From Methanobacteriota archaeon (GTDB taxonomy: Archaea > Thermoplasmatota > Poseidoniia > Poseidoniales > Thalassarchaeaceae), in contig PATD01000038.1 of assembly GCA_002713585.1 (NCBI GenBank), positions 5,362-67,866 of the forward strand: 62,505 bases of DNA, given 5' to 3'. The translations under genes and the position numbers were made by a program. This document shows positions 9,771 through 18,819 of the stretch, in pieces. The notes under the pieces were generated by a model. It did not search any database. It saw nothing but the letters and a program-made list of their open reading frames with translations, and was not told the DNA's origin. Every line of letters starts with the position of its first letter. The first letter of the stretch is position 1.

Positions 9771-11123
9771 TTACAAAACATCGCCTTCAAATTCAGAGGC
9801 TCGACGATGGGCAGCTAGAGCAAATCCAGTGATTACCAGTAGCGCAGATGGACCGGGGAGTAAACCTCCGGATTCAACCTCTGAAATAGAGACGTATGAG
9901 GAATTCACTGGTTCACTAACAAACATCGAGGAATCGATAACCCTCTTCTGGTAATGTAGTACGAAACCTCCATCCTCAGTTAGGGTAAGGTTTGAAGCAT
10001 CAAAAGTCACCATCGTTGAGTTGGTTGCATTTACGGAGAAATTACTCTCGGATTGCCAAAGTATCTCTCCGGAAGGAGACTCGTATCGTAAGGAAGCATT
10101 CAGCGTAGTAGCTTGTCCGAGATTATCCACTGAGAGGATCAAACTCTCACCTGGTGTTACATCAAGGGAAGTCACTGATAGACGAGCCCGCCAATACCAT
10201 ACATTTTCGATGAGATATCGCATCACATCCATCTCTTCTTCTAGACGATCACTTAGAGATTCAAATGAACCTGGAACAAACTGTTCATCATCGGTCTCGA
10301 AGGTGAATGTAGGGAATCCCATGACCCCATAGCCATAATCTCGACTTGTTCCACAATTGGGGTACAGGCCCTGATTTGCATTTTGAATGGGAATATCTGA
10401 GATGTTTTCATGGACATCGTCACGAATCTGGTGAAATAACTCCCAGTCCGAAGGCTGTTCAGGCCATTTACCCCAAGGATAAAGCATAATCCAAACCCCT
10501 GTATGCATGGTCACATATAGATCAGCATCAGGAACTTCAGTATTCATGTAATTCGAATTAGCAAGTGTTTCAGCTTCGCTAAATGCACTCGTACCGGGTT
10601 GTGTCGTCGGACAAGTGTTCCAATAATGGTCGTAATTTCGATTTAAATCGACTTGATTGATATTCCAACGTGTATCAAAGTCGTTTCCATCTGGATTAAG
10701 CATGATGAGGACATGAACCTCTGAGTTCTGCAATACACGAATCGCTTCCTCATTTCCATCGTTCCAACCATTGATGTACCATTTCGCAGACAACCATGCT
10801 AGAGCTGTTCCCAGGTACTCGTTGCCATGATGCCCCCCATCGATGTAGATGATTTCTTTCTGACTCCCGTCAGCTTTTGTTTCCATAGACCAATCCGATA
10901 ATCGAACCACCCAGAGTGTTTTTCCAAGTTCAGAGTTACCAACATCAACTAAATCGACAATATCGGGATTATCATCTGCCCAGTTATTGACTTCAATTGT
11001 CATTGCGGCCCAGGTCATGTGAACATGATTGTCAATTGGGTCCCCGGGCCATTCTTGTTCGGCAGCAACGATGACGGGGGCAGTAATGATGAACGCAAGA
11101 AACACTGCAAACCCGCGCATCAC
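9771..11123 (-). CDS. Secreted M14 zinc carboxypeptidase with a C-terminal membrane/sorting tail
   Basis: Signal peptide MMRGFAVFLAFIITAPVIVAA. HHGNE zinc motif. VDLNRNY. Later MHTG His. C-terminal LPGPSALLVITGFALAAHRR hydrophobic tail. Confidence 0.8.
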   Translation of the reverse strand: MMRGFAVFLAFIITAPVIVAAEQEWPGDPIDNHVHMTWAAMTIEVNNWADDNPDIVDLVDVGNSELGKTLWVVRLSDWSMETKADGSQKEIIYIDGGHHGNEYLGTALAWLSAKWYINGWNDGNEEAIRVLQNSEVHVLIMLNPDGNDFDTRWNINQVDLNRNYDHYWNTCPTTQPGTSAFSEAETLANSNYMNTEVPDADLYVTMHTGVWIMLYPWGKWPEQPSDWELFHQIRDDVHENISDIPIQNANQGLYPNCGTSRDYGYGVMGFPTFTFETDDEQFVPGSFESLSDRLEEEMDVMRYLIENVWYWRARLSVTSLDVTPGESLILSVDNLGQATTLNASLRYESPSGEILWQSESNFSVNATNSTMVTFDASNLTLTEDGGFVLHYQKRVIDSSMFVSEPVNSSYVSISEVESGGLLPGPSALLVITGFALAAHRRASEFEGDVL

Positions 11124-11209
11124 ACTGTAGGTGTGGTGACGTAGATTTGAGATTATGCATTAACCAATGAATTTCGTCAATACATGGTATCGACACTTCG
11201 AACAATTCA

Positions 11210-12139
11210 TCAGGATTCTAAGAGACAGGTCAGAATCAGTGGCAAAACGATAGTGGCGTCCGACTCGATTACGAATCTAGAGGTGTCGATGCCTATCTTA
11301 CCCCACGTAATCTTCTCGTTAGGAGGGGCTCCAGAATAACCACCGTATGATGTGGATGATTCAGAGATTTGACCGTACCATGACCAGAGTGGCACTTGTG
11401 CACCTAAGTCCTGATTCAACATCGGAACTACACATATCGGAAAATCTCCAGCAATCCCTCCTCCCACTTGTAAGAAGCCGACTGGTGAGTTCTGGGAACG
11501 GTACCAATCCGCAAAACCAACCATGTACTCGATGCCTGTACGCATCATTTCTACTGTCAAATCACCACGAATACAAGCCGCAGCGAACAGGTTGCCCAAG
11601 GTCGAATCCTCCCATCCAGGAACTAGAATAGGAATTTCCATATCCTTCGCTGCAATAAGCCAAGAGGACTCAGCACGAGGCCCGGGATCTATGCGATCCA
11701 ACAATGCGTAGAGATGCTCATGTGGCAATCTTGGCGCTTCCTTCCAAACCTCAAGCATCATCGATTCCACACGGCGAATCGCCTCCTCCTCCGGGATGCA
11801 GACATCAGTCACACGGTTCATCCCACGCTCGAAGAGATGCTGGTCCTCTTCCAAGCTCTGTCCTCGCCAATCTTCTACTGTCTCGTAATCATCGCCCGCG
11901 ATAAGAAGGAAAAGGTCCTCCTCAAGATTAGCACCTGTACAGGAAATTGCATGGATTTTTCCTGCCCGTATAGCGGGTGCAAGAGAATGACCAATCTGAG
12001 CGGTAGACAGTGCTCCAGCAAGGGCAAGAACAAGTTGGCCATCCGCATTCAAGAACTCGATTAAAGAATTAGTACAGCGTGTGAGTTCACCTGCGTTGAA
12101 GTGGCGGTAATGTGACTCCATGAATGAGTGGATGTCCAT
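11210..12139 (-). CDS. dys: Deoxyhypusine synthase
   Basis: Full-length resemblance to DHS: AGALSTAQ...AISCTGANLEEDLF, GWEDSTLGN and GGGIAGDFP blocks. Last gene of the speB / speH-like / dys operon. Confidence 0.8.
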   Translation of the reverse strand: MDIHSFMESHYRHFNAGELTRCTNSLIEFLNADGQLVLALAGALSTAQIGHSLAPAIRAGKIHAISCTGANLEEDLFLLIAGDDYETVEDWRGQSLEEDQHLFERGMNRVTDVCIPEEEAIRRVESMMLEVWKEAPRLPHEHLYALLDRIDPGPRAESSWLIAAKDMEIPILVPGWEDSTLGNLFAAACIRGDLTVEMMRTGIEYMVGFADWYRSQNSPVGFLQVGGGIAGDFPICVVPMLNQDLGAQVPLWSWYGQISESSTSYGGYSGAPPNEKITWGKIGIDTSRFVIESDATIVLPLILTCLLES

Positions 12140-12148
12140 GTATATGCC

Positions 12149-12586
12149 TCAGAGCGATTCGATGCTGTAATCATGAAGAAAGCGAGCGGTACGGTTACGA
12201 TTCACGACTTGGAGAGTTGGAATCTCCGCGGTAATTGATTGCAGGAGGTGATCTATGATGATCTCTGGCTCGGTCATACCACAGGTGAAGGCATCAATTG
12301 CCAACAAACCACGATCTGAATAGCAGTGAGCGGTAACATGACTCTCATCGATGAGGACTACTGCGGCAAACCCCGGAGGGCTGACAGAGCCATCAAACGG
12401 AACAACATGAGCGTGAACTTCACGAGCATGGCTATTTCGAACTGCTTCACGCATGAGGTCGAGAATCCAACGATGGTCGTCTGAAACGGGGGGCATGTAA
12501 CCCACACAATCGAGATGAACATGGAAGCCACGAGGAATCAAATCCTCGCCATCCGGTGCACTCGACATGGATCTAATCGATTTCAT
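12149..12586 (-). CDS. Pyruvoyl-dependent decarboxylase of the AdoMetDC (SpeH) fold; substrate ambiguous (S-adenosylmethionine or arginine)
   Basis: VVLIDESHVTAHCYSDRGLLAIDAFTCG matches the E-S self-cleavage site and the following block of class 1 AdoMetDC proenzymes. 9-nt spacers to both neighbouring genes. Confidence 0.7.
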   Translation of the reverse strand: MKSIRSMSSAPDGEDLIPRGFHVHLDCVGYMPPVSDDHRWILDLMREAVRNSHAREVHAHVVPFDGSVSPPGFAAVVLIDESHVTAHCYSDRGLLAIDAFTCGMTEPEIIIDHLLQSITAEIPTLQVVNRNRTARFLHDYSIESL

Positions 12587-12595
12587 TCTCTTATT

Positions 12596-13558
12596 TCATC
12601 GAATCCGTGTCGAAAGATGGCCTCCTACGAGGCGGGTCGCAATGAGAGCAGCCGTAAATGGGGTTAGAACACCATTTGAATCTGGGACTATCTCGACCAC
12701 ATCGGCGCCAATCACAACTGCATCATTCGCCTTGAAAATCGTAGCTAGTGCCTCTTCTAGATGCCACCATGTTAGTCCTCCAGGTACAGGAGTACCGGTT
12801 GAAGGAACAAGAGACCCATCTAAAGCATCGATGTCGACAGTAATCCAAACGGGGCCACGGATAGAGCGTAGGGATGCCATAAGGTTAGACCAGTTCTGCT
12901 CACCTGAAGATACAGAAAGTAGGTTAGAGGCTAGATGTGTCTCGATTCGAACATCCGAATCTGATTGAGATGCCTCCTCACGTGACCAAGCACGAACCCC
13001 AATCTGGATGATTTTACCAACTCCTTCGTCCAAGGCTCTGCGCGCCGCACAAGCATGGCTCCACACTTCACCATCGAGATTGTCTCGGAGATCTGCATGA
13101 GCATCAAACTGGATGACTGTCAGATTGGAAACATCGCCTGCCAAGCTTGGATGTGAGTTAATCGCCTTCATCTGCACCGGAAGTAGGCCATGTTCGCCTC
13201 CAAGAATCAATGGAAATACGTCAGTATTAGTCAACCATGGACGGAGATGAGACTCAATTTCTGTGAGTTGCTCGGTAAGAGTGCCCGCCTCGGATGACCA
13301 AGGATCTAATGTCTGGAAGCGTGCGCCTGCTGGAAGGTCTTGAGACAGACGCGGATCAAAGACCTCAACCTGTGCTGAGGCCTCGATGGCAGCCATTGGT
13401 CCGTTAGAAGTCCCTTGCCCATAGGATGTTGTAAGCTCATACGGGATGGGTATAATCACCACATCTGGATTACTATGAGCCTCATCGAGGCCGAGGAACG
13501 TCAATCGTTCCACCATGTCCTGTGGGGGCGAGCGCTCAGGGAAGAACATGGCGTTCAA
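12596..13558 (-). CDS. speB: Agmatinase / ureohydrolase family enzyme
   Basis: Mn-binding motifs GGEHGL, FDAHADLRD and TVDIDALD, plus the arginase-fold C-terminal block. Confidence 0.85.
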   Translation of the reverse strand: MNAMFFPERSPPQDMVERLTFLGLDEAHSNPDVVIIPIPYELTTSYGQGTSNGPMAAIEASAQVEVFDPRLSQDLPAGARFQTLDPWSSEAGTLTEQLTEIESHLRPWLTNTDVFPLILGGEHGLLPVQMKAINSHPSLAGDVSNLTVIQFDAHADLRDNLDGEVWSHACAARRALDEGVGKIIQIGVRAWSREEASQSDSDVRIETHLASNLLSVSSGEQNWSNLMASLRSIRGPVWITVDIDALDGSLVPSTGTPVPGGLTWWHLEEALATIFKANDAVVIGADVVEIVPDSNGVLTPFTAALIATRLVGGHLSTRIR

Positions 13559-13656
13559 GTTGGGCCTATTTCGGATTCAGAGGGGGAAATCAAGTGATTC
13601 GTTAAATAGGGCGGCCTCCAATAATACAGTGCTGCGGAGGGATTGAAATCGGGGGA

Positions 13657-14055
13657 ATGACGTTGAAGACGCTTACCGATGCAATCCGGAGTCGTGTTGA
13701 CGAAGGGATGGAGGAGAACGTCGCAGAGAGCATCGCTGAACACGCCCTTGGCTTCTTCGGATTCTCAAATCGCATCATCGACAACGCATTGGAACCAACT
13801 GACCGCAACTTGTTCTATCAACTCCAAGACTACGAACTTCTCACTACTGAATCCGAGGAGACCACGCTTTGGGACGGACGAGAATGGAGGATCCATTATT
13901 GGAAATTCAAGCCAAAGCGAGTGAGTGAGATTGCTCATCCCACTGCAATCGCGGAAGAGGTCGACCCATACGCTGGCCTCTATGATGAGGTGCCAACTGA
14001 CATCTGGAGAGAGCAAGCTGGATTCGAACATGATGACAACGAGCCACTCTTCTAA
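13657..14055 (+). CDS. Hypothetical cytoplasmic protein
   Basis: Only long ORF in this interval. No family recognised by eye. Confidence 0.45.
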   Translation: MTLKTLTDAIRSRVDEGMEENVAESIAEHALGFFGFSNRIIDNALEPTDRNLFYQLQDYELLTTESEETTLWDGREWRIHYWKFKPKRVSEIAHPTAIAEEVDPYAGLYDEVPTDIWREQAGFEHDDNEPLF

Positions 14056-14107
14056 TCGGCCCCGCGTCCCCAATGGTTTGAATACGGACCAGAGAGCAAA
14101 CCAAACC

Positions 14108-17100
14108 ATGCGCCGAAGCATTGCGCTTCTCATGGTCGGAATCCTAGCGATGGGGCTCTCGCCACAAACACTACTCGCAGCAGAGGATGCGAGTACTGAA
14201 GACCCCTGCACTGTGTTTGTCGATTGGAGTGATGGTGTCTCCTTCGAACACGCCTACCGCGTTGTACTCGATGATTTATCCACCCTCAATATTCAATGGG
14301 CTGAAATTGAATGGTCCCACGAGAATTCGACGACGGTTCTACACCATGATAACTCTACGATTGATCTGAACCTGAGTGAACATCGTATCGTGCTACCCAC
14401 CGAAGTTAACCTATCTGAGACAATCGTAATTCAGGTGATTGGAGCTGAATCAAACCTGACTCCACTTGAGCAGCGAACGACATTGTGCTCGAGGACTGTA
14501 GAAGTCACCTACTGGAATCAGCCAACAGCAGATCACGAAATCACTCGGGCGACATCTTGGAGTCTCGATCAAAGCGGGGAAACCGGCGAAGAATATTATC
14601 TTGATTTCATTGGACAGGGATGGCAACAGCGTGATGGAAATTTGCTGACATCTAATGAACTCGGTGCAGGGAATATCACCATCATCACCGATGATGGCGA
14701 AACACGAACTGAAACGGAACTTGACCTCAGCCGCGTCTGGTTGAATGAGACAATGACTGGTACTTTGCTTGATGAGCAGACCTTTGAGATGTATGGTAAC
14801 GGCTCAACGACCTTTGTTGTCGTCGATGATGCAGGGGCAGAGACCGTGGCGCACATCGATGTGAGGGACTCATACATAGTACGAACCATTGCAAACGGAA
14901 TCCCATCAGAAATGGTTCGAATTGAGGGTAGTGGAGATCTAAACTCAAATGGAACCAACGACGATGAATCAATCAATATCACTGGCGAGGTAGCAGTATT
15001 CCTCTTTGAGCTTGAAACCGTAGATGGACAAGTCGTCGACTCAACCTATCGACTCGAGGCCTTCGCGGAAATGCTCCTTATCGATGGCAACGATAGATTC
15101 CAAATCGATCTCGACGAATTTATCCTCGTCGATCGATGGGAAGATGGTGAACAGGTCGAACAACTGTCTAGAATCAAAGGGGATGGAAGTTTCGACTTTG
15201 CAGAATCCGAGGATGGAGCGACAATTGTTGTGAATGGAACGGTACCTGTTTTCTGGATTGAGTCCCAAAACGGTTTAACGACTGTAAATACAATCCATAT
15301 GGACGGAGATATCAGTGGAGATATCGATGGACGTATCGGATTGATTATCGAAATTGAAGAACAAGGTCCTCAACAAAACGCAACCGGTGAAATCTTCGAT
15401 GTGAACGTGATTCGAAGTGAATCGTGGTTGAACATAACCCAAGTGACTGGCATCGGATCGAATCTAGATATCGAAGCAGAACATAATCTCACCTTCGATT
15501 ATCAAGTCCCGGAAGAACACTGGAAAAACCGGACTGTTCGATACCGGTATGTCGAGGACAGCGGCCAAGTCAACGATGAATACCCGGAACGTAGTCCGAT
15601 ACCTCAAGATCTACCCGAACCTTCCAATGATTCCATCCTAGGAAGTGTGAACATTAGTCGGGAGCTTGGATACGCACCTACGGCGCTAATACCAGGAGAC
15701 ATATTGACCCTTGATGTCGGTGATACCTTGGTACTGCATGTGGAAGCAATGTCTGTCTCAACCGTAAACCTCGATGGACATACGCTTCCGGTGACGATTT
15801 GGAACGGTACCTTCGAAGAGGGAGGATATGCCGCTGGAAGTATCATCAACGAAGGGATACTCGCTGGACTCATCGCCGATGTTACGAGGGAAGTTGATAT
15901 CGAACTCGATGAAGGGAACCTTACATTCACTGAGACCCAAGCACTCGAACGTATCCTCGCTCCATCCATAGTGACTGAAGCTGAGAACACTCCTCCTACT
16001 CTGGAAGAAATTCGTTTCCAAGAAGGTAGCTTAAGCAGTGAAGGTGGAGAAGCGCACATCGAAGTCGTTGTATCTGATCCAGATTGGAACGTCAAATCTG
16101 TCCTAGTTGATTTGTCCTCGATTGGCCTCGGAACCGTGGAGTTGAATGATGTCGGAGCTGACGGTGACGATACTGTCCATGACGATATCTGGACTATGCA
16201 CATTCAACATCTTGGAACGGAGTATGGCGAATTCGAATTGAACGTGACTATCTCGGATGGATGGTCCACAACCATCGACAAAGATACAGTCACGATAGAC
16301 AATTTAGCTCCACGTCTGAAAAATGTCGTCTATGAACCACAAGTGGTACGAAGAGGTGACACAATAGGAGTCACCATAGAGGCCGATGATCTCCACGGCA
16401 TTACATCTGCGTCTATTGATTTACAAAGTATAGGCGGAGTTTTGAACAATCTAATGCAAGGAACCAATGGGGAATGGTCTGGTTCCATCGTAGTTCCACC
16501 CGGAATGTCCCCCGGACTGAACAGATTTACGTTTACTCTCGTCGATAATGAAGGAGCGATAAGAGTTACAGATTTCATCACTGGATCTTCGGGTAGTATT
16601 GAAACTGCACCTCAGTTCACTATTCTGAATGAAGGACCAAAACTCTCTGAACTCGTTATCCTCCGAGGTACTGAACCTGTGAATGTCTTGCTTGTCCCCG
16701 ATATCGGCGAGGAACCGATTGAACATACTATCACCATCCACGTCACGGATCCCGATGGTATTTCAGCCGTTCAAGCGCGACTTGGCACCTTAGCAGCAAT
16801 TGGAGAAGGGGATGATTGGACTCGACTCGTCGATGATGGAACAAACGGAGATTCCGTGGCAGGCGATGGAAACTACAGTGTCACTGTGCTGACACGTTCT
16901 ACTATGCCGACTGGAATAATGGATATCGAAATCAGAGGAATCGACAACTTTCTGGAACCTACACCCGGTGATGAACGAAGTTTCTCGGTTACTCTCTCTG
17001 AAACTGATTCTGAAGGAATGGCAGGATGGACCTTTCAAACAGGCGTTATTGTCATGATTGCAGTGATTGCTCTCCTCGCGATTGGAGGTGTTGGTGTCTT

Positions 17101-17137
17101 CGTCAGCCTCCGAGGCGCCGAATTCAGCGACGATTGA
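14108..17137 (+). CDS. Large acidic cell-surface (glyco)protein with signal peptide, tandem Ig-like C-terminal repeats and a C-terminal TM anchor
   Basis: Start trimmed to MRRSIALLMVGILAMGLSPQTLLAAED; the ORF from 13925 overlaps the upstream gene. Many N-x-S/T sequons. Three ~100-aa repeats of the type 'V..DPDG/W.. S..VDLSSIG...DDG..GD...'. C-terminal GVIVMIAVIALLAIGGVGVFVSL. Confidence 0.7.
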   Translation: MRRSIALLMVGILAMGLSPQTLLAAEDASTEDPCTVFVDWSDGVSFEHAYRVVLDDLSTLNIQWAEIEWSHENSTTVLHHDNSTIDLNLSEHRIVLPTEVNLSETIVIQVIGAESNLTPLEQRTTLCSRTVEVTYWNQPTADHEITRATSWSLDQSGETGEEYYLDFIGQGWQQRDGNLLTSNELGAGNITIITDDGETRTETELDLSRVWLNETMTGTLLDEQTFEMYGNGSTTFVVVDDAGAETVAHIDVRDSYIVRTIANGIPSEMVRIEGSGDLNSNGTNDDESINITGEVAVFLFELETVDGQVVDSTYRLEAFAEMLLIDGNDRFQIDLDEFILVDRWEDGEQVEQLSRIKGDGSFDFAESEDGATIVVNGTVPVFWIESQNGLTTVNTIHMDGDISGDIDGRIGLIIEIEEQGPQQNATGEIFDVNVIRSESWLNITQVTGIGSNLDIEAEHNLTFDYQVPEEHWKNRTVRYRYVEDSGQVNDEYPERSPIPQDLPEPSNDSILGSVNISRELGYAPTALIPGDILTLDVGDTLVLHVEAMSVSTVNLDGHTLPVTIWNGTFEEGGYAAGSIINEGILAGLIADVTREVDIELDEGNLTFTETQALERILAPSIVTEAENTPPTLEEIRFQEGSLSSEGGEAHIEVVVSDPDWNVKSVLVDLSSIGLGTVELNDVGADGDDTVHDDIWTMHIQHLGTEYGEFELNVTISDGWSTTIDKDTVTIDNLAPRLKNVVYEPQVVRRGDTIGVTIEADDLHGITSASIDLQSIGGVLNNLMQGTNGEWSGSIVVPPGMSPGLNRFTFTLVDNEGAIRVTDFITGSSGSIETAPQFTILNEGPKLSELVILRGTEPVNVLLVPDIGEEPIEHTITIHVTDPDGISAVQARLGTLAAIGEGDDWTRLVDDGTNGDSVAGDGNYSVTVLTRSTMPTGIMDIEIRGIDNFLEPTPGDERSFSVTLSETDSEGMAGWTFQTGVIVMIAVIALLAIGGVGVFVSLRGAEFSDD

Positions 17138-17144
17138 GTGAGAA

Positions 17145-17216
17145 TGCGAGTGCCGGGATTTGAACCCGGGTTCCGACGTTGGCAACGTCGGGTGATAACC
17201 ACTACACTACACTCGC
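17145..17216 (-). tRNA. tRNA-Gly (anticodon GCC)
   Basis: Manual cloverleaf: acceptor GCGAGUG/CACUCGC. Anticodon arm CGACG-UUGCCAA-CGUCG. T arm CCGGG-UUCAAAU-CCCGG. Discriminator A. No encoded CCA and no intron. Confidence 0.9.
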
Positions 17217-17270
17217 GGTGTGCCATCGAAATGGACCGCATTCTTCTATCCATCGGTTGGTGACGACAGA

Positions 17271-17633
17271 TTAGGATTCGAGAGCCTTGAGATGTTCCAC
17301 AATAGCGTCGCGTGTCTCTCTGAAAACCTCGATACTCTGATTCACGGGGTCATCGAGTTCCCAGTCCTGATCAATCCTCATAGTCGGACAAGAAACACCG
17401 CATCCCATCGAGATAACCAGGTCCCAATCCTCGGCCGAGAATCCATCCACAGACTTCGGATGTTGATGGGAGATATCGATGCCCATCTCATTGCATACTA
17501 AAACTGCATTTTCACTTACTTTTGGAGCAGGATGAGTGCCTGCAGATGCTGCTTCATGGCCAATGCTCTGTGCGATACCTTCAGCCATCTGACTCCTGCA
17601 AGAGTTTCCAACACATACGAACAAGAGGCGCAT
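17271..17633 (-). CDS. Low-molecular-weight phosphatase family protein (ArsC-type arsenate reductase / LMW-PTP)
   Basis: MRLLFVCVGNSCRSQMAEG carries the C-x5-R-S P-loop. A downstream GCGVSCP Cys pair is present. Start trimmed; the ORF extends to 17711. Confidence 0.7.
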   Translation of the reverse strand: MRLLFVCVGNSCRSQMAEGIAQSIGHEAASAGTHPAPKVSENAVLVCNEMGIDISHQHPKSVDGFSAEDWDLVISMGCGVSCPTMRIDQDWELDDPVNQSIEVFRETRDAIVEHLKALES

Positions 17634-17726
17634 ACCTGATGTTCTATACCACCAGATATGAATCGTTCCAATATACTGTATTGAGGCAGCACACGTATTC
17701 AAGTAATGCAATTATGTCGCTACATC

Positions 17727-18761
17727 ATGGCCGATACGCCAGTATCTACGCACAACCCATCCGGGGATGGGGAGTCCAACGATGCACAGGTGAATCCTGA
17801 ACAAAAAGCACAGATGGAACAGGCATATCAGCAAATGCGTAGAAAAATGCGAATGACACAACTCGCCGAAGGTGTTCGTCACAAATTCATGGTTCTTTCT
17901 GGAAAGGGAGGTGTCGGCAAATCCACTGTCGCTACAGGTCTTGCTCTTGCACTCGCTCGTATGGGACTCAAAGTTGGCCTTCTCGACATAGACATTACCG
18001 GCCCGAATGTTCCGAAAATGCTCGGTATCGAAGGTACACAACTCCATGTCGAAGATGGGCAGATATATCCCGCGATTGGACCGCATGGCGTGAAGGTCAT
18101 TTCGATGGCCTTCCTACTTGAAGATCCAGATAAGCCGGTGATTTGGAGAGGTCCAATCAAGCTCGGTGCAATTCAGCAATTCATTGGAGATGTTGCATGG
18201 GGTGAACTTGACCACTTGATTATCGATTTTCCACCTGGAACCAGCGATGAACCATTGACTGTGACGCAATCCTTGCCTGACATGGATGGTGTCGTGATTG
18301 TAACAACCCCCCAGGAGGTTGCTCTACTCGATTCTAGGAAGAGCATTAACTTCGCGAAAACAATCAATCTCCCCGTACTGGGTGTCGTCGAAAATATGCG
18401 CGGCTATTCACTATCCGGAACAGCAAGGGGCAACGATGGCAAGCCGCTCGGAAAAATCAGCATCGATGTATCCGGCCCATCAGGACAGATGATCGAAGCA
18501 GTAACCACTGACGACGGGGAATGGACCGTGAACCTTGATCTGTTCAAATCAGGAGGAGGTGAAGCAGCAGCCGAAGAAATGGATGTACCTTTCCTCGGTT
18601 CGCTACCATTTGATCCAGGATTTGTCCGAGGAGGCGATGATGGGGTTCATCGAATTATTTCAGAGCCAGAAGGATTTGCCGCAGCCGCGTTTGAGACCAT
18701 TGTTACCCGACTAATCGATACGCTAGAATCCGACGACGATGAAGGCGTGACTATCATCTGA
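17727..18761 (+). CDS. Mrp/NBP35/ApbC-family P-loop ATPase, atypical cysteine-free form
   Basis: VLSGKGGVGKSTVA deviant Walker A. DFPPGTSDE. VVENM followed by a ~48-aa Cys-free insertion where the CxxC cluster-binding motif normally sits. Ends with ...VPFLGSLPFDP. Confidence 0.75.
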   Translation: MADTPVSTHNPSGDGESNDAQVNPEQKAQMEQAYQQMRRKMRMTQLAEGVRHKFMVLSGKGGVGKSTVATGLALALARMGLKVGLLDIDITGPNVPKMLGIEGTQLHVEDGQIYPAIGPHGVKVISMAFLLEDPDKPVIWRGPIKLGAIQQFIGDVAWGELDHLIIDFPPGTSDEPLTVTQSLPDMDGVVIVTTPQEVALLDSRKSINFAKTINLPVLGVVENMRGYSLSGTARGNDGKPLGKISIDVSGPSGQMIEAVTTDDGEWTVNLDLFKSGGGEAAAEEMDVPFLGSLPFDPGFVRGGDDGVHRIISEPEGFAAAAFETIVTRLIDTLESDDDEGVTII

Positions 18762-18790
18762 GCAAATGACGATTCAAACGACCCATTCTC

Positions 18791-18799
18791 TTCTATAGG
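18791..18799 (+). promoter_or_regulatory. TATA-like box (ttctatagg) about 25 nt upstream of the FKBP ATG; suggests a leaderless or very short-leader transcript
   Basis: ttctatagggggg at 18791..18803, ATG at 18820. Spacing matches archaeal TATA-to-TSS distance. Sequence-only inference. Confidence 0.3.
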
Positions 18800-18819
18800 G
18801 GGGTGTGGTCCCATTACTC

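Noticed and set aside
13925-14107. The 5' extension of the ORF-track model for the large surface protein (MRLLIPLQSRK...).
   Set aside because: It overlaps the 3' end of the 13657..14055 gene. It also precedes a textbook signal peptide starting at Met 14108, so the start was trimmed.
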